DNA of 64,000 nucleotides from IMG/VR virus record IMGVR_UViG_3300002036_000006; one strand, 5' to 3'. Shown here piece after piece: positions 17,212 to 26,499 of the stretch. A program made the position numbers and the translations under genes. The stretch comes from a virus. The notes under the pieces are model-generated. The model ran no database searches. It saw only the letters and a program-made list of their open reading frames with translations, and was not told the origin of the DNA. Position 1 is the first letter of the stretch; every line of letters starts with the position of its first letter.

Positions 17212-17416
17212 AAAGGATGGCATAGAAAGCAACATACCATTTCCCAAGCTTATGCTGCACACAGTCACTGGATGCATTATCATGATGCAAGACTCATACA
17301 GAGGAATGGTTGTTCATGGCAATGGAAAGCCGAATATGATTGGTCACATAGGATCTTATTCTGCTGAGCTTGTGACGGATTTTAAAGGAAAGGTGACTCT
17401 ATCAAATGAAGATTAA
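17198..17416 (+). CDS. hypothetical phage protein
   Basis: 72-aa ORF in an overlapping chain. Confidence 0.7.
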   Translation: MKSVRKDGIESNIPFPKLMLHTVTGCIIMMQDSYRGMVVHGNGKPNMIGHIGSYSAELVTDFKGKVTLSNED

Positions 17417-17702
17417 AACAAACAAAGAGAATGGAATTATAACTGGTGAAGTTCTATGGGGGAATCAACACTGTGTTTCATTGGCGGTAGAGACTGAGTT
17501 TGATAGGCCTATAGTTGAACTGACATCTGATAGCGGAAACCTGTCTCTTCTATTCTATGATGATGAAAATAACTTTGACAGCATAACCCTATTCCCATCC
17601 AATCCACTTGAGTCTGAGATACTTAAGAGGAAGAGCTTCACTAGAAGATCAACAGATCAAACTTGGATTGTATTCATAAGCCAACCAATGCTAGGAGTGT
17701 AA
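17406..17702 (+). CDS. hypothetical protein
   Basis: 98-aa ORF in an overlapping chain. Confidence 0.65.
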   Translation: MKIKTNKENGIITGEVLWGNQHCVSLAVETEFDRPIVELTSDSGNLSLLFYDDENNFDSITLFPSNPLESEILKRKSFTRRSTDQTWIVFISQPMLGV

Positions 17703-17703
17703 A

Positions 17704-17883
17704 ATGAAACAGACCCTTGAAGAGATAGACCTAGTCAACAAGGCCAAGTACTACGAGGGTCTTTGTACTGCACACATTCAACTAATAGACAGACTTCTAT
17801 CTGAATGCCATGAAGAAGATGTCACTAGAATAATGTTTCTATATGAAATCAGAGAAAGACTAACAGACCTAGGGGACTTATGA
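17704..17883 (+). CDS. small hypothetical protein (59 aa)
   Basis: AGGAG SD; fills the gap; ATGA overlap with the next gene. Confidence 0.6.
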   Translation: MKQTLEEIDLVNKAKYYEGLCTAHIQLIDRLLSECHEEDVTRIMFLYEIRERLTDLGDL

Positions 17884-18101
17884 GAAAAGAACATGAAAAT
17901 TTTATTACAGAGCTAGAGTCTCTTCTTGATAAGCATGAGGTGAGAATACAGTTCGATGCTTATGGTAAGTATGGGGTGAGTACCAGCGTGGGCTTGGAAT
18001 TTCAATTCTACGGATCTCGACTATCACTTAGCGACACAAAGTTGGGCGAGAATAATCAAGTCACAATCACAAAAAACAATATTGAAAAACTAATGAGGTA
18101 A
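17880..18101 (+). CDS. hypothetical protein
   Basis: 73-aa ORF. Confidence 0.65.
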   Translation: MRKEHENFITELESLLDKHEVRIQFDAYGKYGVSTSVGLEFQFYGSRLSLSDTKLGENNQVTITKNNIEKLMR

Positions 18102-18102
18102 C

Positions 18103-19677
18103 ATGCCACTTAGGGACTATCAACATGAGTCCTGCATAGAAGCTTTCAATTACCTACAGGGTGGTGGCAATAAGGTCATCATCCAAGGGCCAACTGGCTC
18201 GGGTAAAAACTATATGATGGGTTACATATGTAACCAGACTGACAAGCGTGGCGGCTCAGCAACTTTCACAGTTGCGGGTCGTAACGTAGTATCTCAGTTC
18301 ACTACGTCATTAGATACGTTCAATATACCTTGGACGTATGTCATGAGTGGTGAACGATTCGAGTCACAAAAGAAGTTTCATGTATCAAGCATAGACACAC
18401 TTCACTCTTGGTTCTTTAAATCAAATGCCAAGTATGAGAAGGAGACCTTAGCTATACCTGACTACTTCCTAGTAGATGAGATGCGTTTATGCTGCACAGA
18501 ATCTCGCGGCAACATCATTGACTTCTATGCAGAGCGTGGCTCTAAAGTAATTGGGTTCGATGCAACCCCTATCCACGCTAGAATGCACCAAGTATGGGAT
18601 CACATGATTCATGGTAAGCCAACACCTTGGCATATTGAGCAGGGGAATCTATCTCCTGTTGTGCATTACTCTCCATCACAGAATGACGAACAGTTCATGA
18701 ATCAGTTGTCGGAACTAAAGGCATCTGGTGATTATAAAGAAAGCGACCTTGCCGAACTGATGGATAAAAAGGTTTTGGTTGGCGAAATAGTTTCCAACTA
18801 TGAAAACATTTCTATGAATGAATACGATGACTACAAGCCATTTGTTGTTTCTTGCGTAAACAAGAAGCATGCTCGAAGTGTAGAGGATGCATTCCTTAAT
18901 GCTGGTCACAACGTAGAGTATATAGATGCAGACACTCCAACGAGTGAGCGTGTCGATATGTTCCAGAGAGTTCGTGATGAAAAGACATTGGGTATTATAT
19001 CTGTACTCACCATGAGCTATGGTGTTGACATACCAAATCTATGCATAGGAATTAACGCAAGGCCATCCAAGAGTCTAGCTTTATTCCTACAGTTTGGTGG
19101 TCGCATACTTCGAACACATGACAGCAAGGAATACTCAGTATTCATTGATCATGCTGGTGCTCTACGTGAGCATGGATACCTTGACGATGAGTATAAGTTC
19201 TCACTTGACCCTGATGTTCCTGTGGTCAATGAAACAAAAGAGGAGAGGAAGAACAATGATACTCCTGAGGTGGACATTACATGCTCAAATTGTATGCACA
19301 CCTATCAGAACTCACCAGTCTGCCCTAAGTGTGGACATGAAAATGTTATTGACTTTGACCAGCATAATGTGGTATACGTTAATACAGATCTTGTCCGTGA
19401 ACATAAAGAAATGCTTGACAGAAACGCACAGTCCGCCGAACAGTGGCAGTGGCTTAGCAATATGAAGGCTGCTGTGTGGGCAAACACTAACCTAAAGAAT
19501 GATGGAGCTAGGATCAACACACTGAACGAAATATGCAGGATCAAATTCAAGACTCAATACAATCCAACCGACATCATGAACTTGCAGATAGGACAAGTCA
19601 GTGACGAGGCAAAAAGATACTATAAACACTATAACATGCGCAAGGTATTTGGCGCTAGAAAAGCGAGGCAGAAATGA
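18103..19677 (+). CDS. SF2 DEAD/DEAH-like helicase (RadD/YejH-type) with C-terminal Zn ribbon
   Basis: LRDYQ, GPTGSGK, VDE, DATP, GVDIP, Q..GRILR, CSNC..CPKC. Confidence 0.92.
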   Translation: MPLRDYQHESCIEAFNYLQGGGNKVIIQGPTGSGKNYMMGYICNQTDKRGGSATFTVAGRNVVSQFTTSLDTFNIPWTYVMSGERFESQKKFHVSSIDTLHSWFFKSNAKYEKETLAIPDYFLVDEMRLCCTESRGNIIDFYAERGSKVIGFDATPIHARMHQVWDHMIHGKPTPWHIEQGNLSPVVHYSPSQNDEQFMNQLSELKASGDYKESDLAELMDKKVLVGEIVSNYENISMNEYDDYKPFVVSCVNKKHARSVEDAFLNAGHNVEYIDADTPTSERVDMFQRVRDEKTLGIISVLTMSYGVDIPNLCIGINARPSKSLALFLQFGGRILRTHDSKEYSVFIDHAGALREHGYLDDEYKFSLDPDVPVVNETKEERKNNDTPEVDITCSNCMHTYQNSPVCPKCGHENVIDFDQHNVVYVNTDLVREHKEMLDRNAQSAEQWQWLSNMKAAVWANTNLKNDGARINTLNEICRIKFKTQYNPTDIMNLQIGQVSDEAKRYYKHYNMRKVFGARKARQK

Positions 19678-19877
19678 GGAAAGCTAAAACTGTTGAGTCT
19701 ATTCAGATAGGCCACTACCTCATTGAGGTTTCATATGATGGTGAGCTAATGATTCATGACACAAAGAATGATGAGCAGATTTGCCCAAACATACATGAGA
19801 CAATTCAAATATCACAATTCATAAACGCATCTCTTGCAAAGGTTCAGAGAAAAAATAGAGAGGAATTAGAATCATGA
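19674..19877 (+). CDS. hypothetical protein
   Basis: ATGA-coupled 67-aa ORF. Confidence 0.6.
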   Translation: MRKAKTVESIQIGHYLIEVSYDGELMIHDTKNDEQICPNIHETIQISQFINASLAKVQRKNREELES

Positions 19878-20236
19878 GTTTATTCTACGATGAGGATGAC
19901 AGGCACTATATGTATGTCATTACTCGAAGAGATATGCCAGAAAACATTGCGTCTGTTCAGGGCGCTCATGCAATAATGGAGCATTACCTTTCTGGTCGTG
20001 GCGGCGATAAGCACCCAGCAGTATGCTATCTAACTGTCGATGATCAAGAAGCCTTGCTAACATTGAGGGTGTCTTGTGAGTGGAGAGATATGAATATCAC
20101 TGGGTTCGTGGAAAACTTTGGCGAACTTGATGGTCAACTAACTGGACTTTGTTGTGGCCCTCTTGCTAAACATAACAAGTTGCGCAGGCTCTTTAGCCAG
20201 TGCAAACTACTAGGAGATAACGATGAAAGTATTTGA
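19874..20236 (+). CDS. peptidyl-tRNA hydrolase PTH2-like protein
   Basis: YMYVITRRD...VQGAHA...L...F.E...T.L..GP...KLL. Confidence 0.7.
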   Translation: MSLFYDEDDRHYMYVITRRDMPENIASVQGAHAIMEHYLSGRGGDKHPAVCYLTVDDQEALLTLRVSCEWRDMNITGFVENFGELDGQLTGLCCGPLAKHNKLRRLFSQCKLLGDNDESI

Positions 20237-20609
20237 CACATCACAGGGCTGGTCAGATAAAGTAAACTTTGTGGACGAAAAGAATGTTTTTGTTGGATAT
20301 GATATGTCACAGGATTGCTGTGAACAGGCTGATTGGTTTGTGTCTTATGAGATCACATCATACAAATACGACACTCACATCTCTGGATGTCCAGATGATA
20401 TTAGTCTTGATGGATATTTGTTTGATAAGACATTCAAGTATGTTGACAGCTCAGATCTTGATGCTGGATCTATGATTGCATTCAAACTTGAGAGAGAAGG
20501 CAGTTCAGATATATACCTTCATTTATATAATTGCCACAATGGTTACTACAGTCATGGATTTGAATTCAAAGACACTGATGAATCAGTAATCGAGTCGGGG
20601 TATCTTTAA
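20223..20609 (+). CDS. conserved hypothetical phage protein
   Basis: QDCCE...HNGYYSHG motif. Confidence 0.75.
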   Translation: MKVFDTSQGWSDKVNFVDEKNVFVGYDMSQDCCEQADWFVSYEITSYKYDTHISGCPDDISLDGYLFDKTFKYVDSSDLDAGSMIAFKLEREGSSDIYLHLYNCHNGYYSHGFEFKDTDESVIESGYL

Positions 20610-20897
20610 ATGAAAATACAAGCTATTAGAACGTATGATTTGGACGGAGACTTGGTTCGCAAGTACAAAGATTCACATTGCCTGTGGTGCGGTGTCACTA
20701 TACCAAAGAAGCAAGTTTGTAGAAGAAGGAAGTTTTGGTTCCGAAAGAGATTGTACGGTCACACTCACCTCACCTGCTTCGACCTTATGGAGGAATTCAG
20801 GGATAATCATCGTGATATTCACTACACTCCTATGGGCATGTTTCCCTCATTGCCCCTACTGGGTAAATGGAACTCAGAAATTCGTTCATACAGATGA
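20610..20897 (+). CDS. small Cys/His-containing protein
   Basis: HCLWCG...HLTC possible Zn site. Confidence 0.55.
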   Translation: MKIQAIRTYDLDGDLVRKYKDSHCLWCGVTIPKKQVCRRRKFWFRKRLYGHTHLTCFDLMEEFRDNHRDIHYTPMGMFPSLPLLGKWNSEIRSYR

Positions 20898-21085
20898 GGC
20901 AAACAGTATTGAATGTTGTGAATAATGGTGGTACATTTATAGTACACAAGTATTCATATAGAGATGAGTCAAAGAGAAAGCTTCTCAGGAGGATGGCGAA
21001 GTCTGGCTTGGTGAAGCTGGATAGGGCATTCCCTGACAAAAAATGGTTCGCTTACATAAAGTCAGAGGAGATCAATGAGCAATGA
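20894..21085 (+). CDS. small basic protein
   Basis: ATGA overlap; wHTH-like LLRRMAKSGLV. Confidence 0.55.
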   Translation: MRQTVLNVVNNGGTFIVHKYSYRDESKRKLLRRMAKSGLVKLDRAFPDKKWFAYIKSEEINEQ

Positions 21086-22106
21086 CATTAACTGGACACC
21101 TACACTTACCTCTCTGGGTTTTCCTGCCGAGTTCCTTACCCACAAGAATTGCCCCTGTCCGTTCTGCGGAGGAAAAGATAGGTTTCGATATACAGATTTC
21201 GAAGGCAAGGGGAAGTGGATATGCTCACATTGTCAACCAGAAGGCGGTAATGGATTTGAGCTTGTTAAGAGGTACTGGGGACTAACATTTGAGGAGGCCT
21301 TGAACAAAGTGAACGGCAACAGGATTGTAGCGCCCACAAGTCACGGCATATCTCAGCAAAGAAAGTATGATCAAGCAAGAACAAAGATGATCTCTCAGTA
21401 CAGATCACTAGTTGGTGGCAGGAACACTCCAGCACACTACTATCTCAACAAAAGAGGAATACCATTCCCAGATCCATTCTATCAATCTTTGGACCCAGAG
21501 GTTTGGGGCGCTAGGGATGAGGTCTTCGGTTGTTTCTGGCTCCCAGAGTTTGAAGATGGTTATGGCGCTATGGTTTGGAAGGCGTTAGATCCCTCTGAGA
21601 AAAAGGTTAGCCAACTACACTTCACAATACTTGACCAGAATGGAGACAAGGCCCCTGTTAATCAGCAAAAGAAATACTCAAGGGCAATATACAAGATAGA
21701 TAAGGACGCATTCAGGGTCGCACCACTAATAAAGGGGGACCCCAGCGTATGTATGATAGCTGAAGGAATAGAGACAGCACTATCTTGTGGTGAAATATAT
21801 CGCAAGCTTGCACCAGATGAGCCGTGTCCAACGATCTATGCTAGCATGGACGCTGGTATGCTTAAGAAGTTTAAGCCTTATATGCCTCACTCAGGAGGTC
21901 AGACTTGGTTTGTGTGTGGGGATAATGATGAGAGTCAGACAGGACAGCAGGCTGCTGCTTCATGCGCAATGAGCATAGGAGCCATGACTGGCAACTACGC
22001 TTCTGCTAAGGTTGTCCTCCCTAGGAATGTGGGTCAAGACTGGAATGATGTTCTCATGTCTGGAGATGAGGATCTAATGATGGATATAGTTAGGCCACTA
22101 CTCTAG
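21075..22106 (+). CDS. primase (P4-alpha-type Zn-binding domain plus TOPRIM)
   Basis: CPCPFCGGKDRFR...WICSHC...GNG; IAEGIETALS; CGDND..GQ.AA; DWND. Confidence 0.9.
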   Translation: MSNDINWTPTLTSLGFPAEFLTHKNCPCPFCGGKDRFRYTDFEGKGKWICSHCQPEGGNGFELVKRYWGLTFEEALNKVNGNRIVAPTSHGISQQRKYDQARTKMISQYRSLVGGRNTPAHYYLNKRGIPFPDPFYQSLDPEVWGARDEVFGCFWLPEFEDGYGAMVWKALDPSEKKVSQLHFTILDQNGDKAPVNQQKKYSRAIYKIDKDAFRVAPLIKGDPSVCMIAEGIETALSCGEIYRKLAPDEPCPTIYASMDAGMLKKFKPYMPHSGGQTWFVCGDNDESQTGQQAAASCAMSIGAMTGNYASAKVVLPRNVGQDWNDVLMSGDEDLMMDIVRPLL

Positions 22107-22168
22107 CGCTTCTTTCTTTTCCTATTCTTTGCTGTCCTTGATCCTCGAACGGGAAGCTTGCGCTTCAT
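22103..22168 (-). CDS. putative 21-aa highly basic peptide
   Basis: MKRKLPVRGSRTAKNRKRKKR, read manually on the minus strand. Confidence 0.35.
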   Translation of the reverse strand: MKRKLPVRGSRTAKNRKRKKR

Positions 22169-22182
22169 TACTTTTTTCTTCT

Positions 22183-22329
22183 TCACTTGAAGAACTTCTT
22201 GTTGTTAGAGATTACATTGCTGCTAAGCTTGCTAGATCTTTGAAAAGGCTTGGCTGCTCTGGCCTGCTTCCTTCTAAGCATAGCTTGATTCTGCTTGCAT
22301 TTCTGACAACTTTTCTTATTATTTATCAT
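22183..22329 (-). CDS. putative 48-aa basic peptide
   Basis: MINNKKSCQKCKQNQAMLRRKQARAAKPFQRSSK...; AAAGGA SD and promoter upstream. Confidence 0.5.
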   Translation of the reverse strand: MINNKKSCQKCKQNQAMLRRKQARAAKPFQRSSKLSSNVISNNKKFFK

Positions 22330-22355
22330 AATGATATTCCTTTAATATAAATGCC

Positions 22356-22389
22356 GTGCTATTATAGCACATCAAATAAAAATTCACAA
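22356..22389 (-). promoter_or_regulatory. sigma70 promoter within a 15-bp palindrome
   Basis: minus strand TTGTGA-17-TATAAT with extended TG; GTGCTATtATAGCAC palindrome at 22356-22370. Confidence 0.6.
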
Positions 22390-22400
22390 GAGAAAATACA

Positions 22401-22643
22401 ATGCTAGAACAAGACGAATACGACGACATCGAATTTGAGGATATAGAAATAGACAACAGCATACTATGCCTTGGATCTATTGTATTATTATTTATATGGA
22501 TGTCATGCATAACAAGTATGTGCGTTGCATTATTGACTGGTCATCAGGTTCTATTCAATGCTGCTGCATTAGTAGGCATAGCAACCACTGGATGGGATAG
22601 AGTTATGTCTTGGTTGACATGGAGAGATATTGATGAGGACTGA
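22401..22643 (+). CDS. small membrane protein
   Basis: two hydrophobic segments. Confidence 0.6.
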   Translation: MLEQDEYDDIEFEDIEIDNSILCLGSIVLLFIWMSCITSMCVALLTGHQVLFNAAALVGIATTGWDRVMSWLTWRDIDED

Positions 22644-22875
22644 CTTTGATATTGGACAAGAAGTATACTGCTTCAGTCTTTCAGCTCCACTCAAGGTTCG
22701 TGTGGTTGGAATAAATATAGAGCCTATAAGTCCACTATCTCGTGAGCAAACTGTAAGTTACTCTCTTATGGCTTCGGGCGGGGGGAAGTTCACCCTAAAA
22801 GAACGAGATGTTTTTGCTTGCGCAGAACACTTGATGGATTCTTTTCAGGAAAAAATAAGGAGGCTTAATGGCTAA
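22630..22875 (+). CDS. hypothetical phage protein
   Basis: FDIGQEVY SH3-like start. Confidence 0.65.
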   Translation: MMRTDFDIGQEVYCFSLSAPLKVRVVGINIEPISPLSREQTVSYSLMASGGGKFTLKERDVFACAEHLMDSFQEKIRRLNG

Positions 22876-23491
22876 CAAGATAGCAGAGATTGATGTTCTA
22901 GAAGAACTCATATCAAAACGATACCATCAATCTGATGGAGAGAAGGTAGAGATAGGGCACTTCTGGTCTGTGTTGCAGATATATTTCTGCATGAAGAATG
23001 TTGGCGTGTCCCTAAATACCTTGTGCAAAGTTGCATCAATGTTTAGTGGCAGGCTCGATTCAAAGTACAGGCCCGACAGATCTCCAATTGGTGTGGCGAT
23101 GATGAGGAAGTATCTTCATCTAGAAAGCTCTCCTGCCCAGTGCTCTCACACAGTAATAACAAAGACACAATCAAGAGGAATAGATAGATCTGAAACTATA
23201 AAAGATCTAAAGGATGTATTAACTAAACACAACTCCTTTGGCCCAGAGATATTAAAGGACATATGTAGCGTGGTTGATGGAAAGAAAGGAATCCTAACGG
23301 ACACAAGGTTCTCCGTCATGGGAAATTCTGGATTTTCTCAGGTATTAAAGTTGTCTTTGGTATTGACTGAACTCCAAAAGTCTGGGATAATAACTGACAT
23401 GTCTGACATAAAACCGTCAGATCATCTGGAATATATAATAAAAACAATTCAGGAGAACCAGAGTAATGTCAGATCAATCGAAGAGCTTTGA
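22868..23491 (+). CDS. hypothetical protein
   Basis: 207-aa ORF, GGAGG SD. Confidence 0.75.
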   Translation: MANKIAEIDVLEELISKRYHQSDGEKVEIGHFWSVLQIYFCMKNVGVSLNTLCKVASMFSGRLDSKYRPDRSPIGVAMMRKYLHLESSPAQCSHTVITKTQSRGIDRSETIKDLKDVLTKHNSFGPEILKDICSVVDGKKGILTDTRFSVMGNSGFSQVLKLSLVLTELQKSGIITDMSDIKPSDHLEYIIKTIQENQSNVRSIEEL

Positions 23492-24101
23492 GTCAGCTTC
23501 AGCGCCATGTGATTTATGCCCGATGTCAAGTGAGTGTGCAGTTCTAATGAAGTGCTGCTCATCAATGTCAACCTTCATAGAGTCTGGAGTCTCCAGAGAT
23601 CCAACCAAACCAACCACCGAGCTGTTTGATAAAGTTTATGGGGCTGGATACAAGTACTCTGGATACCACGTCCTTAATAGATCGCAGTTTCTAGAAACGA
23701 TAGATGCAGATCCAAAGCTAAAGACACCAATGTGTGACAGAATCTTCAGCTCGCTTTATACTTCTGCATCTGGTCATGATATGCCCAATATGGAGGGACT
23801 TTACGCAGACTGGGATTGGCTTATCGCGGTAAGCAAAAACAAGATAGCCCCGATAGTTATGGGAGCGTTGGGATATGAGAGGCACGGTGACAGCATATAT
23901 GTTTCATACCTGTACACTCGTGATTACTATAAAGGCATGGGCGTAGGAAGCAAACTGCTAGGTATAATTGAGATGCATGCAAAAGATAGAGTAATACTTC
24001 TTCCAGAGGACGACACTTCACACCAATGGTATACCAACAGAGGATACTCATCTTGTGAGGAGATGGATATGGCTTGGGAGAAAATAACAAATGAAACTTA
24101 A
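23466..24101 (+). CDS. GNAT acetyltransferase with Cys-rich N-terminus
   Basis: YVSYLYT..YYKGMGVGSKLL...WY.NRGY; N-terminal CDLC..C..CC. Confidence 0.7.
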   Translation: MSDQSKSFESASAPCDLCPMSSECAVLMKCCSSMSTFIESGVSRDPTKPTTELFDKVYGAGYKYSGYHVLNRSQFLETIDADPKLKTPMCDRIFSSLYTSASGHDMPNMEGLYADWDWLIAVSKNKIAPIVMGALGYERHGDSIYVSYLYTRDYYKGMGVGSKLLGIIEMHAKDRVILLPEDDTSHQWYTNRGYSSCEEMDMAWEKITNET

Positions 24102-24273
24102 AATTGGAACAGAGCTGACCATGAAATCAGACGGATCAAAGTTGAAAGTTATAATGGTTGTGACCGATGGAAATTATCATGAGCTTAGAACAGATAAGGG
24201 ATCTACTCAAATGTGGAGTAGAGCTAGAATAAAAAAACATTTGACTGGGTGGGAAGATGCAGGAGCTAAGTAA
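24091..24273 (+). CDS. hypothetical protein
   Basis: 60-aa ORF in chain. Confidence 0.6.
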   Translation: MKLKIGTELTMKSDGSKLKVIMVVTDGNYHELRTDKGSTQMWSRARIKKHLTGWEDAGAK

Positions 24274-24796
24274 TATAACTGGGGCAACACCAGAGGAGAG
24301 GCTTGAGGCGGTTGGCGTAGACAATATAATCAACATGATTGGGAATGGGGTTAGGCTCAGGACTCACGGCAATAGGAAAGACCTAGGGCTATTAAATCAC
24401 ATTGATGTAACAGAGCAGCAGTTTGTAAGATGGATGAGTGGTCAAGAGATGCAGGTTCAATTTGCATATAGCCAAGCAATGAATATCGCTGGAGCAAACT
24501 TGACGACTGACATCATACACCAAGAACTTGACATACTTTCCGAGATTGACGAGATACTTGATAGAGACACTCAAAGACCTGCAACAAAAAGGGATCTGTT
24601 CCTTCTTGCCGTGCTTGAGAAAAAACACAAGATAGCAAACGACTTGCTGAAGAATCTATCCGTTCTACAGAAGATGAAGTTTGAGTCGGAAAAGAATCAG
24701 CCAAATGAAATACCAACAACTCCACAACAATCAGCACCAACTGCAACAGTAACAGTGACAGAGGAGCAAAAAGCAATGATCGAGAAACTAAAATGA
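24257..24796 (+). CDS. putative terminase small subunit (HTH-containing)
   Basis: I..MI.NG...F.RWM...F.YSQA...D..L.I pattern recalls Sf6-like TerS; low-complexity C-tail. Confidence 0.4.
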   Translation: MQELSNITGATPEERLEAVGVDNIINMIGNGVRLRTHGNRKDLGLLNHIDVTEQQFVRWMSGQEMQVQFAYSQAMNIAGANLTTDIIHQELDILSEIDEILDRDTQRPATKRDLFLLAVLEKKHKIANDLLKNLSVLQKMKFESEKNQPNEIPTTPQQSAPTATVTVTEEQKAMIEKLK

Positions 24797-25755
24797 CAGA
24801 CAAAGAATACTCTCTAAGCGATGATGCTGAATGCATATATAATGGAGAGGCAACTGTAAAGAACTACGGAGCATCATCAAGCAAGCAACCCTACATAGGA
24901 TTCACTGGATTAGATATAAATCAATTTGATTACATCCTGAACAACGTAGATCCAAACACAGAAGTACAGTGTGTTATGGCTGACGGAGACACCGTCCTTA
25001 GGTCAGAGTCCATGCAATTCAAGTCTGCTTATGATAACTCATCTGATAAGTGGATAAAGCTTTGCTTCGATCAGGATCAATCTAAGATAGAGGCAACCAG
25101 AAATTCAATAGGCAACAAGGTTAGCCTGTATTTATTTCTTGGTCAGATACACGAGAGGCCTACCAAAGAGAAAGGCGATCATGGGAAGTACGCATCTCAA
25201 TTGATACAATCTCAGATAATGATACACCCAACCTTCTGGTCAGTTGTAGGTACAGAGGAAAAGTATCTCGACTGGCTTAGAGGAAATCCATGTATGCTCA
25301 CTGGAGGGTGGGTTGAGTCAGAGTCTGGCGATAAGAGGGTGGAGGCCGCCCATGTCAGAGACATAAAGTATGGCGCTGGAATAGCTAAGAAGCCAGAATA
25401 TTTTGCCATACCACTTCATCCAAAGATACATGCAGAACAACATGAGAAGGGCATATACAATATGTGGAAGAAGGCTGGAAGGCCAACTCCATCTCAGGTT
25501 CAATACCCAATAACAAATCAGGCTGATCATATAAGGCAGTGGCTAGTAATATCTACTCTTGAATATATTAAGAAGTGGATTCAGTTTGAACTAAAAGAAT
25601 ATTTTGGCGTGTCCTCCATGTCATTTATATCGCCAGACAATTTTGAACAGTACGTCACAGACAAGTGCGCACCTGAAGTTGTCCAGCAAATACTAAAACT
25701 TTCTAAAACAAAAAGAGATTTAAGCTTCCTTGCTGGTCTCGATAACGGAGAATAA
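24793..25755 (+). CDS. DUF968-like/HNH-like protein
   Basis: PCMLTG...EAAHVR...GAG...KP..FAIPL...H.EQH. Confidence 0.6.
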   Translation: MTDKEYSLSDDAECIYNGEATVKNYGASSSKQPYIGFTGLDINQFDYILNNVDPNTEVQCVMADGDTVLRSESMQFKSAYDNSSDKWIKLCFDQDQSKIEATRNSIGNKVSLYLFLGQIHERPTKEKGDHGKYASQLIQSQIMIHPTFWSVVGTEEKYLDWLRGNPCMLTGGWVESESGDKRVEAAHVRDIKYGAGIAKKPEYFAIPLHPKIHAEQHEKGIYNMWKKAGRPTPSQVQYPITNQADHIRQWLVISTLEYIKKWIQFELKEYFGVSSMSFISPDNFEQYVTDKCAPEVVQQILKLSKTKRDLSFLAGLDNGE

Positions 25756-25756
25756 A

Positions 25757-26299
25757 ATGAGAAGAAACGCATTCAAAGTGCAAATCAACGGCGAAGCAGT
25801 AGTAGAAGTTGATGGTCAAGATCTTTCAAGTATGCAAGGCGAACTAGATGTAAAAAGAGTTGACGGACTAGAGCTGACAGATGAGGATGCTGACTACATA
25901 CTTTCAAGACTAGGTGAAACTATTGCTGAGATTGGCAAAGAAGAACCACTTCAAGATGAAAGCCAGCATATTCCTGATGAAGTTGATGGTGCAGAGTTTG
26001 ACTTTGATGATATGCTAGAGGAGATGTTCTCTGGCCTAGAGATTGAGGAAGGAGCAGAACAAAAGATAGCTGACATTGTCGATTCAGAAGATACTCAGAG
26101 GAAGCTCAATGCGTCCGACTCAATCAAATATCTTGAAGGACCAATGTCTGGTCATGCTAATGAGATTATGACTAAGCTTGAGGTTATTGATGAGTACCTT
26201 TCTAATCTTGATAGATCTATGCATGTATCTGTTCCCGAGGAAGTTCCTGTTGCGATAGCTGACATTGTTATTGCTTGCTTTGAAATCGAGGGTCAGTAA
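25757..26299 (+). CDS. acidic hypothetical protein
   Basis: GGAG SD gives start MRRNAF. Confidence 0.75.
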   Translation: MRRNAFKVQINGEAVVEVDGQDLSSMQGELDVKRVDGLELTDEDADYILSRLGETIAEIGKEEPLQDESQHIPDEVDGAEFDFDDMLEEMFSGLEIEEGAEQKIADIVDSEDTQRKLNASDSIKYLEGPMSGHANEIMTKLEVIDEYLSNLDRSMHVSVPEEVPVAIADIVIACFEIEGQ

Positions 26300-26499
26300 T
26301 GGCAGACAGAGAGCTAATAATTGAGGAGCTAAAAAAGATCAGTGGGCTGGATGATTGGTTAGTGGATATGGCTATGGACCCTGAGAGGGAGCTTGACACT
26401 GAGTCTGTTGTGTATCAGTATACAAAGGACGTTGAGTCTTTCCGTCATGGTGTTATATTTACACTGCTAAGCCTTAGGAAAATGGTGACGCAGTCATGA
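26299..26499 (+). CDS. hypothetical protein
   Basis: TAATG coupling. Confidence 0.6.
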   Translation: MADRELIIEELKKISGLDDWLVDMAMDPERELDTESVVYQYTKDVESFRHGVIFTLLSLRKMVTQS

